From positions 21,419 through 85,418 of the IMG/VR virus record IMGVR_UViG_3300017784_005363: a DNA stretch of 64,000 nucleotides, one strand, 5' to 3'. This stretch comes from a virus. Taxonomy: Duplodnaviria; Caudoviricetes. Positions within the stretch are counted from its first letter, which is position 1, and every line of letters starts with the position of its first letter. The position numbers and the translations under genes are program-made. The notes below the pieces were generated by a model. That model was not told the DNA's origin. It saw only the letters and a program-made list of their open reading frames with translations, and did not search any database. Positions 40,527-49,869 of the stretch are shown one piece after another.

Positions 40527-40662
40527 ATAAGAAATAATAATATTTCCTAATGGTTTTACAAAAAACTTGGCTGCTGATTGGCATGGGAATTAAATCCTTT
40601 AGCTTTCCAGCAATTCACATTCTTATCACTTAATTATTACTAATTAAGGGTGCAAACACTTT

Positions 40663-41975
40663 ACACAGGTAGTTCTTGCTGATTGATTAATACCAATTAA
40701 ATCTGCAATAAGTTTATTGTAATGTTTTACAATTTCAGCTCCTCTTGTAAGAACTTTTGGACTTAATAATACTTCTGGATTATTCATAATACCTGTAATA
40801 GATACTCCTAATAAAGCTTCCCATCTTACTAATTCTTCAGTTTCTGGTCCAAGAAATGAGAAATCTGTATAACTTGCTTGAAAAGTTCCTATAATTGCTG
40901 CATTTTTACATGCTATATAGAATCTTTCAGGTGTTGTACATTTAGACCCAATAATTTCATTAAGATTACAGAATGACCAACATGATTTTCCTGTTCTTGG
41001 ATTTCTTGGTATAAAACCAATTTCCACACAAGGATTACACATCATATCAATATCATCTACTAATAGTATTCCTGGTTCACCAAATTCCATGATAAACTTC
41101 TTGTAATTATCAAGTTCTTCTTTTGTCAGAGAACCTTTTAATATTTTAGCAGAGTTGTTAGCTCTACCTCTCCAAGGTGTATCAATAAACCAATTTCCTG
41201 TTTTACAAGATAACATTAATGTATCATCTTTATCAAACAATGAAATTAATGCACTTCTTCTTACTCCACCAGATAAAACTGCATCAGATAATATACATAT
41301 AATATCATGACAGTCTAATGAAGTCAATGTGTAATCACTCTCTTGAACTTTACTTTGAAGTAATTTTCTAATAAGTTCATGAGATTTTTTTAATCCTTCA
41401 GGACCAGGAGCTAAAAATTCACCTGCAATTAATGTACCTCTTTCTCTGATTTGAGAATAGTCAAAGACAATTCTATTTTGTCCAGTGAAATAAGATGTCA
41501 TTAAAGCATCAATTGAATTTGCCCAACCTTCTATACTATCTTCAACAACATGTAGAGTTGATTCTCCTGTAAGGTATTTTAATTTAGGCATTTTTTCTAT
41601 AAATCTGTTTTCTACAGAAAATCCTACACCAGCTCCACATAATAGAACCCACATAATCTCTTTAAATACTTCTGGTCTATCTACATAAGTAACAGAACAA
41701 TTGTATAATTTAGCATTATGTTTACTAATACTTCTTTCTCTGAATTGTAAATTTCTTTGAGAAGCTAATATTTCTTGGTTTATGTAAGCTTGTTGTGCAT
41801 CATTAAAATAAGGTTCAATTTCTTTCCAATTAGGAAGAATACTAAACTTATTATAATGCATTTTCATTACATCTTCACAGGCTTCTTGCCATGTTTCTAA
41901 TCTACTTTCTGCTTTGTTATACTTTGCATAAGATTCATTAAATTTTAAGTTAGATACTAAGTCTTTACCAATCAT
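40663..41975 (-). CDS. nrdJ: Class II ribonucleotide reductase, exon 1
   Basis: YNCS, SGGVRRSALI (RTPR-like VRRSA), NPCVEI (NxCxE), ARTTCV; no nrdB in the window. Confidence 0.85.
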
Positions 41976-42151
41976 TATTTATTCATTTTAAATAGTTCAA
42001 AAAACTCTCTACTATAAGTGTTATAATTACTCTTTATAGTATAAAAAACTAAAAAACTTTTATAACAATCAGTTTCAACTGTCTCTATCCTGGGTTTGAA
42101 TTTTATCTCTAATACCACAGATATTAGGATAATTAATAATATGTATTCCAT
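41975..42151 (-). CDS. 58-aa small membrane protein (MEYILLIILISVVLEIKFKPRI...FKMNK), missed by the track
   Basis: ATG 42151; stop overlaps the nrdJ start (TAATG); N-terminal hydrophobic helix. Confidence 0.6.
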   Translation of the reverse strand: MEYILLIILISVVLEIKFKPRIETVETDCYKSFLVFYTIKSNYNTYSREFFELFKMNK

Positions 42152-42171
42152 ATTTTTTATTTTGAGGGGTA

Positions 42172-42179
42172 CAAATTTA
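42172..42179 (-). promoter_or_regulatory. -7 box TAAATTTG upstream of the small ORF and nrdJ
   Basis: Consensus TAnnTTTG 20 nt before ATG 42151, inside an imperfect hairpin TTTTG-T-GGTA/TACC-CCT-CAAAA. Confidence 0.55.
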
Positions 42180-42191
42180 CCACAAAACTCT

Positions 42192-43292
42192 TTATAAAAC
42201 TAACTTATTGTCAACAATAAATCTATAAGGAATAAAACCTTTTAAATTAGTACACCAACCAAATCCTTTATTTTGCATACTTGTGTCAGTATAGATATTA
42301 AATTCATCTTGGTCAGTAATACTACTTTCTCCTCTAAAGTAAGAGTAATATTCTGTATTATCCATAGCTCTTGCAGTATGCTCAAAAGGTGAACTATGTG
42401 GAGGGTCTTGAGTCAACAATCTATCATGCAAAGCAATCATAGCTTCATAATCAACTTTTGTTTCTCCAGCTACAACTGTATAAGAAGTTCTAGCTGCCAT
42501 AGCTACTGAAATTTCTATCTTAGCTTTATTTGCAGCATAATACATAGTATCAAAATCTCCAGTTTCAATGATTGAAGGTAATTTATCACATAAATCTTTA
42601 TGGTCAATTTTATCTTGAAAAGGAATATGCCATTCACCAGCTTTTAACTGTTTAGGAGTAGATTCATTAACAGAATCCCAAATCTTTTCAGCTAAATCCA
42701 TAATATGAATCTCTGCTTGTCCTTGATTAATTTTTAACCAATCTATTTGAGTTGTTGGTAAATAAGGTAAATCTTTAGGGTGATTTACAAGAAAATTATT
42801 ATAACAATCTTTTTGACTTCTAAATGTTAAACCACCATATTCATAAGAAGGACATCTTAATCTAAAGAAATTATCCCAACCTTCTCTACTACCAGTAATT
42901 AACATAGTAGTCCACATAAATGGTTCAAGAAGTCTATTAGCTAATTGTTTAGTAACTCCTGCATCAGTAACTCTTTGAGCACTTAAAATTGCATAATTCA
43001 TTGCATCTTTCCATTCTCTATGAGCAACTCTTAAATCTAACATGTCAGTTATATATTCAGTTCCTTGCATACCTTTATGCTCTTTTTGAAAAGCAATTGG
43101 AATAAATGGATTTGTTTTTATAGCTTCTAACATTTTATTAAATGGAATTGCTCTGGATGATGAAGTATTTTTACTTAACATCCTATGTGTATTTACTTCA
43201 GCAAGAATAATTCTTGGAAAAGTACACAACATTGTAATAAGCTCATCTCCCTGTGGATTCAGGGAATGAGCTACTATTTCTGCTTTTATCAT
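42192..43292 (-). CDS. thyX: FAD-dependent thymidylate synthase (ThyX-like, phage type)
   Basis: FPRIILAEVNTHRMLSKNTSSSRAIP (RHRxxS...SxR-like), QLANRLLEPF, HSSPFEH. Confidence 0.8.
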   Translation of the reverse strand: MIKAEIVAHSLNPQGDELITMLCTFPRIILAEVNTHRMLSKNTSSSRAIPFNKMLEAIKTNPFIPIAFQKEHKGMQGTEYITDMLDLRVAHREWKDAMNYAILSAQRVTDAGVTKQLANRLLEPFMWTTMLITGSREGWDNFFRLRCPSYEYGGLTFRSQKDCYNNFLVNHPKDLPYLPTTQIDWLKINQGQAEIHIMDLAEKIWDSVNESTPKQLKAGEWHIPFQDKIDHKDLCDKLPSIIETGDFDTMYYAANKAKIEISVAMAARTSYTVVAGETKVDYEAMIALHDRLLTQDPPHSSPFEHTARAMDNTEYYSYFRGESSITDQDEFNIYTDTSMQNKGFGWCTNLKGFIPYRFIVDNKLVL

Positions 43293-43298
43293 AATTGT

Positions 43299-43730
43299 TT
43301 ATTTTAAAATTCCTTCTTTTTCTAACCATTTTTCAACTGCTTCCCAATCTACAAAAGGTTTTTTAGATAATGATAAATCATTTTTTAAAGGACATCCTAA
43401 TGAAGAATCATCTATCATCAATTGAGCATAACTTTTAGGACTTTCTGTCCAATTATGTTGGTCTGGATTAGATTGAACTCCATATAAAGGAATACCATTA
43501 TTCATAAACCATTTTATAGCATCATTTAAAAAATGACCATTTGTATCAGGAACTATATCTCCATCTCCTATATCTTTAAAAGTAATTCTATTACTTCTCA
43601 TAGTAAATAAGATAAGTTGATGTCCTTGGTCTGTCAATCTCTTTAATACTGGTATTGCACCAATCTCTTTACCTATTTCTGGAAAACTGTGTGTTACACA
43701 TGTTCCATCAAAGTCAATGTTTATTGTCAT
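43299..43730 (-). CDS. HAD-superfamily phosphatase
   Basis: INIDFDGTCV (DxDGT), LILFTMRS, K...MIDD motifs. Confidence 0.8.
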   Translation of the reverse strand: MTINIDFDGTCVTHSFPEIGKEIGAIPVLKRLTDQGHQLILFTMRSNRITFKDIGDGDIVPDTNGHFLNDAIKWFMNNGIPLYGVQSNPDQHNWTESPKSYAQLMIDDSSLGCPLKNDLSLSKKPFVDWEAVEKWLEKEGILK

Positions 43731-43915
43731 AATTGTTTACCGTTTTTATTTGTTTTTTGAACTTCTTTTTTCAACAAGTCATCAAATGCTTTCATTGAAT
43801 CTAAAGACATAGCTGGAAAAAATCTTTCAGTATGTTTTTTAACAATTTTTTCAATGTTCTTTCTATCTATTAAAGCATTTATATATTTAATAGAAGGTGC
43901 TTTTTTATAACTCAT
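43727..43915 (-). CDS. Hypothetical protein
   Basis: 62 aa with ATGA overlaps at both ends. Confidence 0.65.
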   Translation of the reverse strand: MSYKKAPSIKYINALIDRKNIEKIVKKHTERFFPAMSLDSMKAFDDLLKKEVQKTNKNGKQL

Positions 43916-45381
43916 ATATTTAAGAAATAAAGTTCATTTTTTGCTCTTGTTCTTGCTACATATTTAAGATTCATCTCTTGTCTAATTTGTTCTTCACTTT
44001 TAGCAAATTTAGATGGTATTAAATTTTCATTTAAAATGTACACTATATCTGCTTCTAAACCTTTAGATTTATGAATTGTACATAACATGATTGCATTTTT
44101 CTTATCAATGAATAAAGCTTTTATCTTATTTAATAAAGAATCAACTGTTTCATATTGTGTAGCTAAATGTTGAGCTAATTTTTTATATTTTTCAAAATCT
44201 TCTTTGAAATAATATAGTTTAATTTTACCAGCATCAGAATGGTCATCTTCTAAATCTTCCAATTTATACAACATTTCTGTTTTTGCTGATTCTGTAGTGT
44301 GATTACCATAAGGTTTAAGAAATCTAACTATTCCAGTTAAAATATCTTCACCTTTAATATAAGTATTTTTACCAGCACCTAATAGTTCAAAATATAAGTC
44401 AATTAATGGTTTTGAATTTCTACAAATTACCATTGAATTATCTTTAATTTCTATTGTATTATTAATTTGTGCTACAACACCTTTATTAGATTTGTGATAT
44501 TCCATTACATCATAAACTTCATTAGCTTTATCAATAATTTTAGTTGAACATCTATAACAAATATCTAATGGTAATTCTTCAACATCTCCATACTTTAAAA
44601 ATAAATCAAAAGAATTTGAAAAAGCACCAGAAAAACCATAAATAGCTTGATTTCTATCACCAACAGCAATCCACTTTTTAACATCTCCCTGGTCAATTAG
44701 ATTTTTCACCAACTTGTGTTGAGACAAGTTTAAATCTTGACACTCATCAAGCATTAAATAAGTTGGGTCAATTGGAATATACAAGTTTTTAATAACTGGT
44801 AAATAAATCATATCATTAAAATCAATTTCAACAATAGGTTGTTCATAAGTGGCATCTCTTAATTTAAGAAATTCTTGCCATAGATAATCCATCTCAGGAA
44901 TTCCACTCATCACTTTATCCATACTTTCAAAATGACCTTCAATTTCTTTCATATCATTAGTTAAAAACAACCTAGATATATCATTCATATCCATAAGATT
45001 ATAACTTAATTTAAGTTTATTCTCCCAAGACATTTTTTTGAATAATTTCTTTTCATTATCTTGAAGTTTTTTAATTAAATCAAAATTTTTACCATTATTG
45101 ATTCTCCATTTTGGAAAAGCTTTTTTTACAGCAAGTAAACCAAGACTATGTAAAGTCATTGCTTTACCTTGTCCTAGATTCTTAATTTCAATTTTAGCTT
45201 GTATCTCTTCTTGAATTGACTTATTAAAGGCTAAAAATAATGTTCTATTATCACATAATTCTAATAACTGTAGCAAAGTAGTAGTTTTTCCACTACCAGC
45301 TACAGCATTAATTAAAATATTATTATGTGTATTTATCCAAGTATCAAAAATTTTTGTTTGTTTTGGACTTGCACTAAACAT
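43912..45381 (-). CDS. UvrD/Rep-like SF1 helicase
   Basis: AVAGSGKTT, LDECQD, VGDRNQAIYGFSGA, CYRC, TIHKSKGLE, YVARTRAK. Confidence 0.93.
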   Translation of the reverse strand: MFSASPKQTKIFDTWINTHNNILINAVAGSGKTTTLLQLLELCDNRTLFLAFNKSIQEEIQAKIEIKNLGQGKAMTLHSLGLLAVKKAFPKWRINNGKNFDLIKKLQDNEKKLFKKMSWENKLKLSYNLMDMNDISRLFLTNDMKEIEGHFESMDKVMSGIPEMDYLWQEFLKLRDATYEQPIVEIDFNDMIYLPVIKNLYIPIDPTYLMLDECQDLNLSQHKLVKNLIDQGDVKKWIAVGDRNQAIYGFSGAFSNSFDLFLKYGDVEELPLDICYRCSTKIIDKANEVYDVMEYHKSNKGVVAQINNTIEIKDNSMVICRNSKPLIDLYFELLGAGKNTYIKGEDILTGIVRFLKPYGNHTTESAKTEMLYKLEDLEDDHSDAGKIKLYYFKEDFEKYKKLAQHLATQYETVDSLLNKIKALFIDKKNAIMLCTIHKSKGLEADIVYILNENLIPSKFAKSEEQIRQEMNLKYVARTRAKNELYFLNI

Positions 45382-45727
45382 GTTCTGTTATTTGTTTAAA
45401 TTGAGAAATGTCAATTATGTCATTCATATCAGGTCTATGTTCCATCATCCAAGATAGGAATAATGCATTACATTGTATATGACCTATATGAGAAAGACCT
45501 GATTCTGAATCATTTAATTCACCTTCCATGAATTTATCTAAATGTCTTTTAAGACTTTCACAAATCTCTGAAACAGATAGACCTTTCATCCAATTAAAAG
45601 GTGCATATTTTTCAGCACCAAACTCAAGTACTTGAACCATTGGTAATAAAGCTGATTGTGGAACTAAAGACCATTTAGGTTTTCCACTGTTAAACCTTAA
45701 TCCTTGGTTTTCTACTAATTCTTCCAT
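45374..45727 (-). CDS. dATP/dGTP diphosphohydrolase domain protein (DUF5664-like)
   Basis: GLRFNSGKPKWSLVP...LEFGAEKYAPFNWMKG...SLKRHL...ESGLSHIGH. Confidence 0.85.
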   Translation of the reverse strand: MEELVENQGLRFNSGKPKWSLVPQSALLPMVQVLEFGAEKYAPFNWMKGLSVSEICESLKRHLDKFMEGELNDSESGLSHIGHIQCNALFLSWMMEHRPDMNDIIDISQFKQITEHV

Positions 45728-46365
45728 TTTTTATCTAATTTTTCATTAAAAAATATACCATCTTCTTTTTCTTCATCATAATTGAATATTTCTTCTACTT
45801 TTTTTAGAGGAAGTTCTAATTCAGCAAATTTAAAATCTTCTGCTGTAGGAACATCTCCAGTTTTCAAGTTAAATTCTTTATTAACTTCTTTTACATATTC
45901 TTCAACTAAAATTGGATTTCTTGTTAGTATATTATATTCTTTTTTTCTTGTACTATTAGAAAATAGTAAATTTATTTCATTATCTAAATACATCATACTA
46001 TAATTTCCTTGAAGAAAATTATCATAAGCATCATTAAAAATTTCTGGAACTTTAATAATAACTACATGTTTTCTTGATGTTAAGATTTCTGAATCAGGAC
46101 AGTAATCAGCAACATAATAGTCCTGGTATTTTATCCATTCAAGGAATTCTTCAAAATATTTTCCTTGAGTTACTTTGTCACACATTATATAAATACTTCT
46201 ACCTTCTGAAATTTTAGCCCCATTAGTTAGAGTATCATGAATTCCTACTGCTAATTTAAATAAAGGATTAAATTTTCTAACAAAAGTATCTCCATGTCCT
46301 CTTAAACAGGGTAATAAAAATCTCCAAGTTTTATTTATATAAATCTCACCAATTTTTATCTCCAT
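45715..46365 (-). CDS. Conserved hypothetical protein
   Basis: 216-aa ORF overlapping the next gene; no motif recognised. Confidence 0.65.
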   Translation of the reverse strand: MEIKIGEIYINKTWRFLLPCLRGHGDTFVRKFNPLFKLAVGIHDTLTNGAKISEGRSIYIMCDKVTQGKYFEEFLEWIKYQDYYVADYCPDSEILTSRKHVVIIKVPEIFNDAYDNFLQGNYSMMYLDNEINLLFSNSTRKKEYNILTRNPILVEEYVKEVNKEFNLKTGDVPTAEDFKFAELELPLKKVEEIFNYDEEKEDGIFFNEKLDKKWKN

Positions 46366-46369
46366 ATAC

Positions 46370-47500
46370 CTAAGTCTTTATACCATTCCAATCAATCTTC
46401 AAAACTCCATTATTTTTAGTAATAACTTCTTCTTCATTCCAATCATTTGCTTCTTGGTATAAATAAATATCTATTAATTCATCAAATCCTTCAACTTTTC
46501 TAATTACAACTTCATCATAATTATTACTTGGCAATTGTACTCTTAAATCTTTTTTACCATATTTTCCAATATGAAGTAATTGTTCATCTAAGATATACAC
46601 TAAAGGTTGTCCAGGATAAGAATTAGATTCTACAACAAACATAAATGGTAAGACCATTTTCTCAGTTATTTTACATTTTAAATCAAATGAAGAATTATCT
46701 GATAATAAAGCTTCTGTGTACCAGGCAGCTTGAATATCATATCTAAATGATTTTAAATTACTAAGAAATCTTAATGTAGAACCATTCATAGTCTTTAAAT
46801 CTATTGGAGTTAAAGATAAAATGTTTCCATCTTCATCCTTAATTACTATAAGCATATCTAATAATGCTTTACAATAAATTCCTTTATAATAGAAATATAT
46901 AGGTAATTGGTAATAAATATCTGCATCTGTTCTTTTATCCAATGCAATTCTATTGAAAAACTGCATAGTTCTTGGATTACTTTTTAAAGAGAATACAATA
47001 TCATCAATTAATTTCTTTTCAACAGCTGTTAAAATCTGTTTTCCAAGTCCTTTTTTCAAATCTTCAAAGTATTCAGCTCCTCTATCTAATAATCCTTGTA
47101 TTCTTTTTTCTCCTGGTTTACCTCCATACCAATCATGTTCCACAATTGATTGCTCAATAGAATCTAAATAAGTAGGTAAATCTTCAATTTCTGTTAATAC
47201 ATCTTTTAATTCATCAAAAACTTTCTGAATTATACTCATTTCTACATCTGAAGGTTTCTTAACTAATGTAGAGATATGATATTGTTTTTCAAATTCTCCA
47301 GCTTCTCCAGTTAATATAGTATCAACTGCTGAACCTATAACAAAATGTCCTTTTTCTTCATAATAAAGTTTTTTTTCTTCTTCATTACTATTAATAAAAA
47401 CATCAATACCTTTTAGTATTTTCTTTAATTGAGATTGACTTAAAGCATCTGAATTAAAGTATTCATCAATTTTTTCTTGAGGTGTTATAATTACACTCAT
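46370..47500 (-). CDS. PD-(D/E)XK exonuclease, RecE/ExoVIII (DUF3799)-like
   Basis: ALSQSQLKK, GSAVDTILT, CKALLDML...IDLKT, YDIQAAWY. Confidence 0.8.
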   Translation of the reverse strand: MSVIITPQEKIDEYFNSDALSQSQLKKILKGIDVFINSNEEEKKLYYEEKGHFVIGSAVDTILTGEAGEFEKQYHISTLVKKPSDVEMSIIQKVFDELKDVLTEIEDLPTYLDSIEQSIVEHDWYGGKPGEKRIQGLLDRGAEYFEDLKKGLGKQILTAVEKKLIDDIVFSLKSNPRTMQFFNRIALDKRTDADIYYQLPIYFYYKGIYCKALLDMLIVIKDEDGNILSLTPIDLKTMNGSTLRFLSNLKSFRYDIQAAWYTEALLSDNSSFDLKCKITEKMVLPFMFVVESNSYPGQPLVYILDEQLLHIGKYGKKDLRVQLPSNNYDEVVIRKVEGFDELIDIYLYQEANDWNEEEVITKNNGVLKIDWNGIKT

Positions 47501-47544
47501 TTTTTATTATTTTTTAAAAATTTCTTTAAAATCTTTAAAACTCG

Positions 47545-48249
47545 TTACAGAGTAAAACTCCATTTATATTTACCTGCACTTTTTCTTTCTCCTAAACAAC
47601 ATTTACCTATATTAGTAGCTTTAATTCCAGTAATTCTTTCTGCTTCTTTTGCAGATTTATAAGTTTCTATAAAGTTATTATTTATATCTCTTTGAGTAAC
47701 TTTCTTTTCATTTAATGGTCCTCTATTTTTAGCTGAGATAGACATTTTTATTTTAGAAGAATTTTTATGTTTTCTACCTACCCACCAATCAATTTTTATA
47801 GGATTATTTATTAAAGATAATCTAGCTTTTTCTAATCTTTTCAATAAACTATCTCTATATTTTATAGCATTTATCTTTTGAATTGATTTTAAATTCTTTA
47901 ATTGTTCTTTTGTAAATTTATATCCTATAGAATATCCTGGAATTTCTAAACAATTAAAACCATTATTAAATGAATTATATTTAATAATATTATCTAATTC
48001 TAATTTAAATAAGTCAGTAATTTCACAAAAACATACAATTTCAATATTTAAATCTTCATTTCCATGTTTATTATAATGTCTTTGTAGATAAATAGAATGA
48101 TGTTCATTTTTATTTAAATCATTAATATGCTTATTAATTCTACTATATAAATTAGAACTACTTCCTATGTAAGATTTATTATTTACAGAACTAAAAATTC
48201 TATAAATTCCAATTTTTTTAAAATATTTTCTTCTTTCTAAATTATTCAT
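47545..48249 (-). mobile_element. Free-standing GIY-YIG homing endonuclease gene with NUMOD3/NUMOD1-like domains
   Basis: IGIYRIFSSVNNKSYIGSS, RINKH, GRKHKNSSKIKMS, ETYKSAKEAER...IGKCC...SAGKYKW. Confidence 0.9.
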
Positions 48250-48265
48250 TTTTATAGTGATGGAT

Positions 48266-48688
48266 TTAAAGCATCAAAGGTAATGAATTATCTTTACTTA
48301 AAGTAATTATTTTTATATAAACTCCAGGATTTAATTTATCATGCTTGTAAGTAGAATTATTTTCTAATAGAGGAATAGGTAGCATAATATCAGAATTATC
48401 ATCTGATAGCCAACCATGAGTTACCATTTCATCTTGTATTGTTTGAGTTACATTATTAAAATCAAATTTATGTTTACTCTTTCTAACAAAATGCATTCCT
48501 ATAAATAAAGGTAAATTTTTAGGTTGTTTTTCTAATTCTTTTAAAAATTCATCTTTCAATTTAATCCAATGAGGTTCAGTTAATTTTCTCCATAAATGTG
48601 TATTTTTTGAAGAAGTTAAAAACTTACCTGTCCATTGTTTACTATTTTTAGATGATGGAGTATTAAATGGAATAAAAAATTTAGTCAT
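48266..48688 (-). CDS. RusA-like Holliday junction resolvase
   Basis: IPFNTPSSKN, KFDFNNVTQTIQD, GWLSDDN, NPGVYI. Confidence 0.75.
   Translation of the reverse strand: MTKFFIPFNTPSSKNSKQWTGKFLTSSKNTHLWRKLTEPHWIKLKDEFLKELEKQPKNLPLFIGMHFVRKSKHKFDFNNVTQTIQDEMVTHGWLSDDNSDIMLPIPLLENNSTYKHDKLNPGVYIKIITLSKDNSLPLML
48275..48282 (-). promoter_or_regulatory. -7 box TACCTTTG inside the 3' end of the resolvase gene, 25 nt before the HEG ATG
   Basis: TAnnTTTG consensus; no canonical -33. Confidence 0.45.
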
Positions 48689-49869
48689 TAATCAACATAT
48701 TTATTCATGGTTTTAGAAATTTCTTGTAATCTTGCAAGAATTAATTTCTTATTTAATTCTGGAATTTCAGGAATACTAATAGTATAATTTCCTTCATCTT
48801 CAGCATTTACTTCACCATTATAAGCAATTTGTTGCATAAAGTTGTCTTCAAATCCATCATTAACACCTTCATCAATGATATTTTTATTTTCATCTCTTTG
48901 AACAATAGAAATTGGATAATATGCACAACATCTCATTTTACCATATCCATCAGAAGGTGGTACAGCAACTACATCAGCAGGATTAACCAGGACCATTAAA
49001 GAGATGTTACCAAAATAACTTCCATTTTTTTCAAGCCATTGTTTACCAGCTACATGCAATCCACTTGAACAAGTGTTTTCTTGAATAGGGTCACATTCTT
49101 CTCTTGGCATAGACACAACTTCACCAATTTTGATAGTAAAACTTCCTGAATGTGCATCTGTATAAGTAGGAGCTACATTTTCATCAGATAATTTTAAATA
49201 CATTTCATCTAACATACCTAAAACTTTTGAAACTTTACTTCTGTCAGTGCTAATCATTAAATCATCTGAATCTTCTTTATAACCTACAATATAGTTTTTA
49301 GGAGATTTTTTCAATTTATGTTTTACTCTAGTATATTGAGCACTAATAAAATCAGCAAGTTTGGTATCAATACCTGAACCTTCTTTTTTCAATCTTACAT
49401 TTCTGTATGCTACAAATAATCCTGATTTAGAAATAGTCATACCATATCTATTCAAGAACCAGAATAAATTAATTCTTGCTCTACTATCTGGATTTAATGA
49501 ACATAATGTCCAAAAATTTAAATAAGTATCAACTAATTCTTGGTCTCCAGCTGATTCTGCTCTATAAATAGCAACAGCTAAATCTTCTGGAAGTGTAAGC
49601 TCTGAAATTGATTTAATATAAACACTACTACCAACTACAGTTAAATACTTAGATTCAGACCAATACCAATCACTTAAAAGTTTAACTTTAGTGGTTACTT
49701 CCTCTTCTTTTTTAACATATTCTGGTATTAATAAAGATTTTACTAAATCTTCATCATTTTGGTTGTTTACAATTTGATTGTAAATTTCATCTGTACAATC
49801 ATTACTTGTTAGCATCATTCCATCATTTAAAATGACAGTGATGTGTTTTTTAAGCCTTAATATCTTCAT
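48688..49869 (-). CDS. rIIB: rIIB-like protein
   Basis: FVAYRNV, YTDAHSG, CSSGLHV, VLVNPADVVAVP, KMRCCAY; follows rIIA. Confidence 0.88.
   Translation of the reverse strand: MKILRLKKHITVILNDGMMLTSNDCTDEIYNQIVNNQNDEDLVKSLLIPEYVKKEEEVTTKVKLLSDWYWSESKYLTVVGSSVYIKSISELTLPEDLAVAIYRAESAGDQELVDTYLNFWTLCSLNPDSRARINLFWFLNRYGMTISKSGLFVAYRNVRLKKEGSGIDTKLADFISAQYTRVKHKLKKSPKNYIVGYKEDSDDLMISTDRSKVSKVLGMLDEMYLKLSDENVAPTYTDAHSGSFTIKIGEVVSMPREECDPIQENTCSSGLHVAGKQWLEKNGSYFGNISLMVLVNPADVVAVPPSDGYGKMRCCAYYPISIVQRDENKNIIDEGVNDGFEDNFMQQIAYNGEVNAEDEGNYTISIPEIPELNKKLILARLQEISKTMNKYVD

Larger units (their letters stand above)
39838..40662 (-). mobile_element. 825-nt group I self-splicing intron (probably IA2) in nrdJ
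   Basis: Exon ends in U; P1 GUGU/GCAC gives the U.G splice pair; P AATTGCTGGAAA, Q AATCAGCAG, R GTTCAGAGACTA, S GATATAGTCC; terminal omega-G at 39838; splicing restores the frame (731 aa). Confidence 0.93.

Noticed and set aside
40644-40662. C-terminal KCLHP of the 443-aa RNR ORF, and MAKTASG as the start of a separate 285-aa gene
   Set aside because: Both are artefacts of the intron; splicing joins V438 to KPSG.
47500-48300. Second GIY-YIG as part of another group I intron
   Set aside because: No P/Q/R/S core elements or space for them; both flanking genes look complete.
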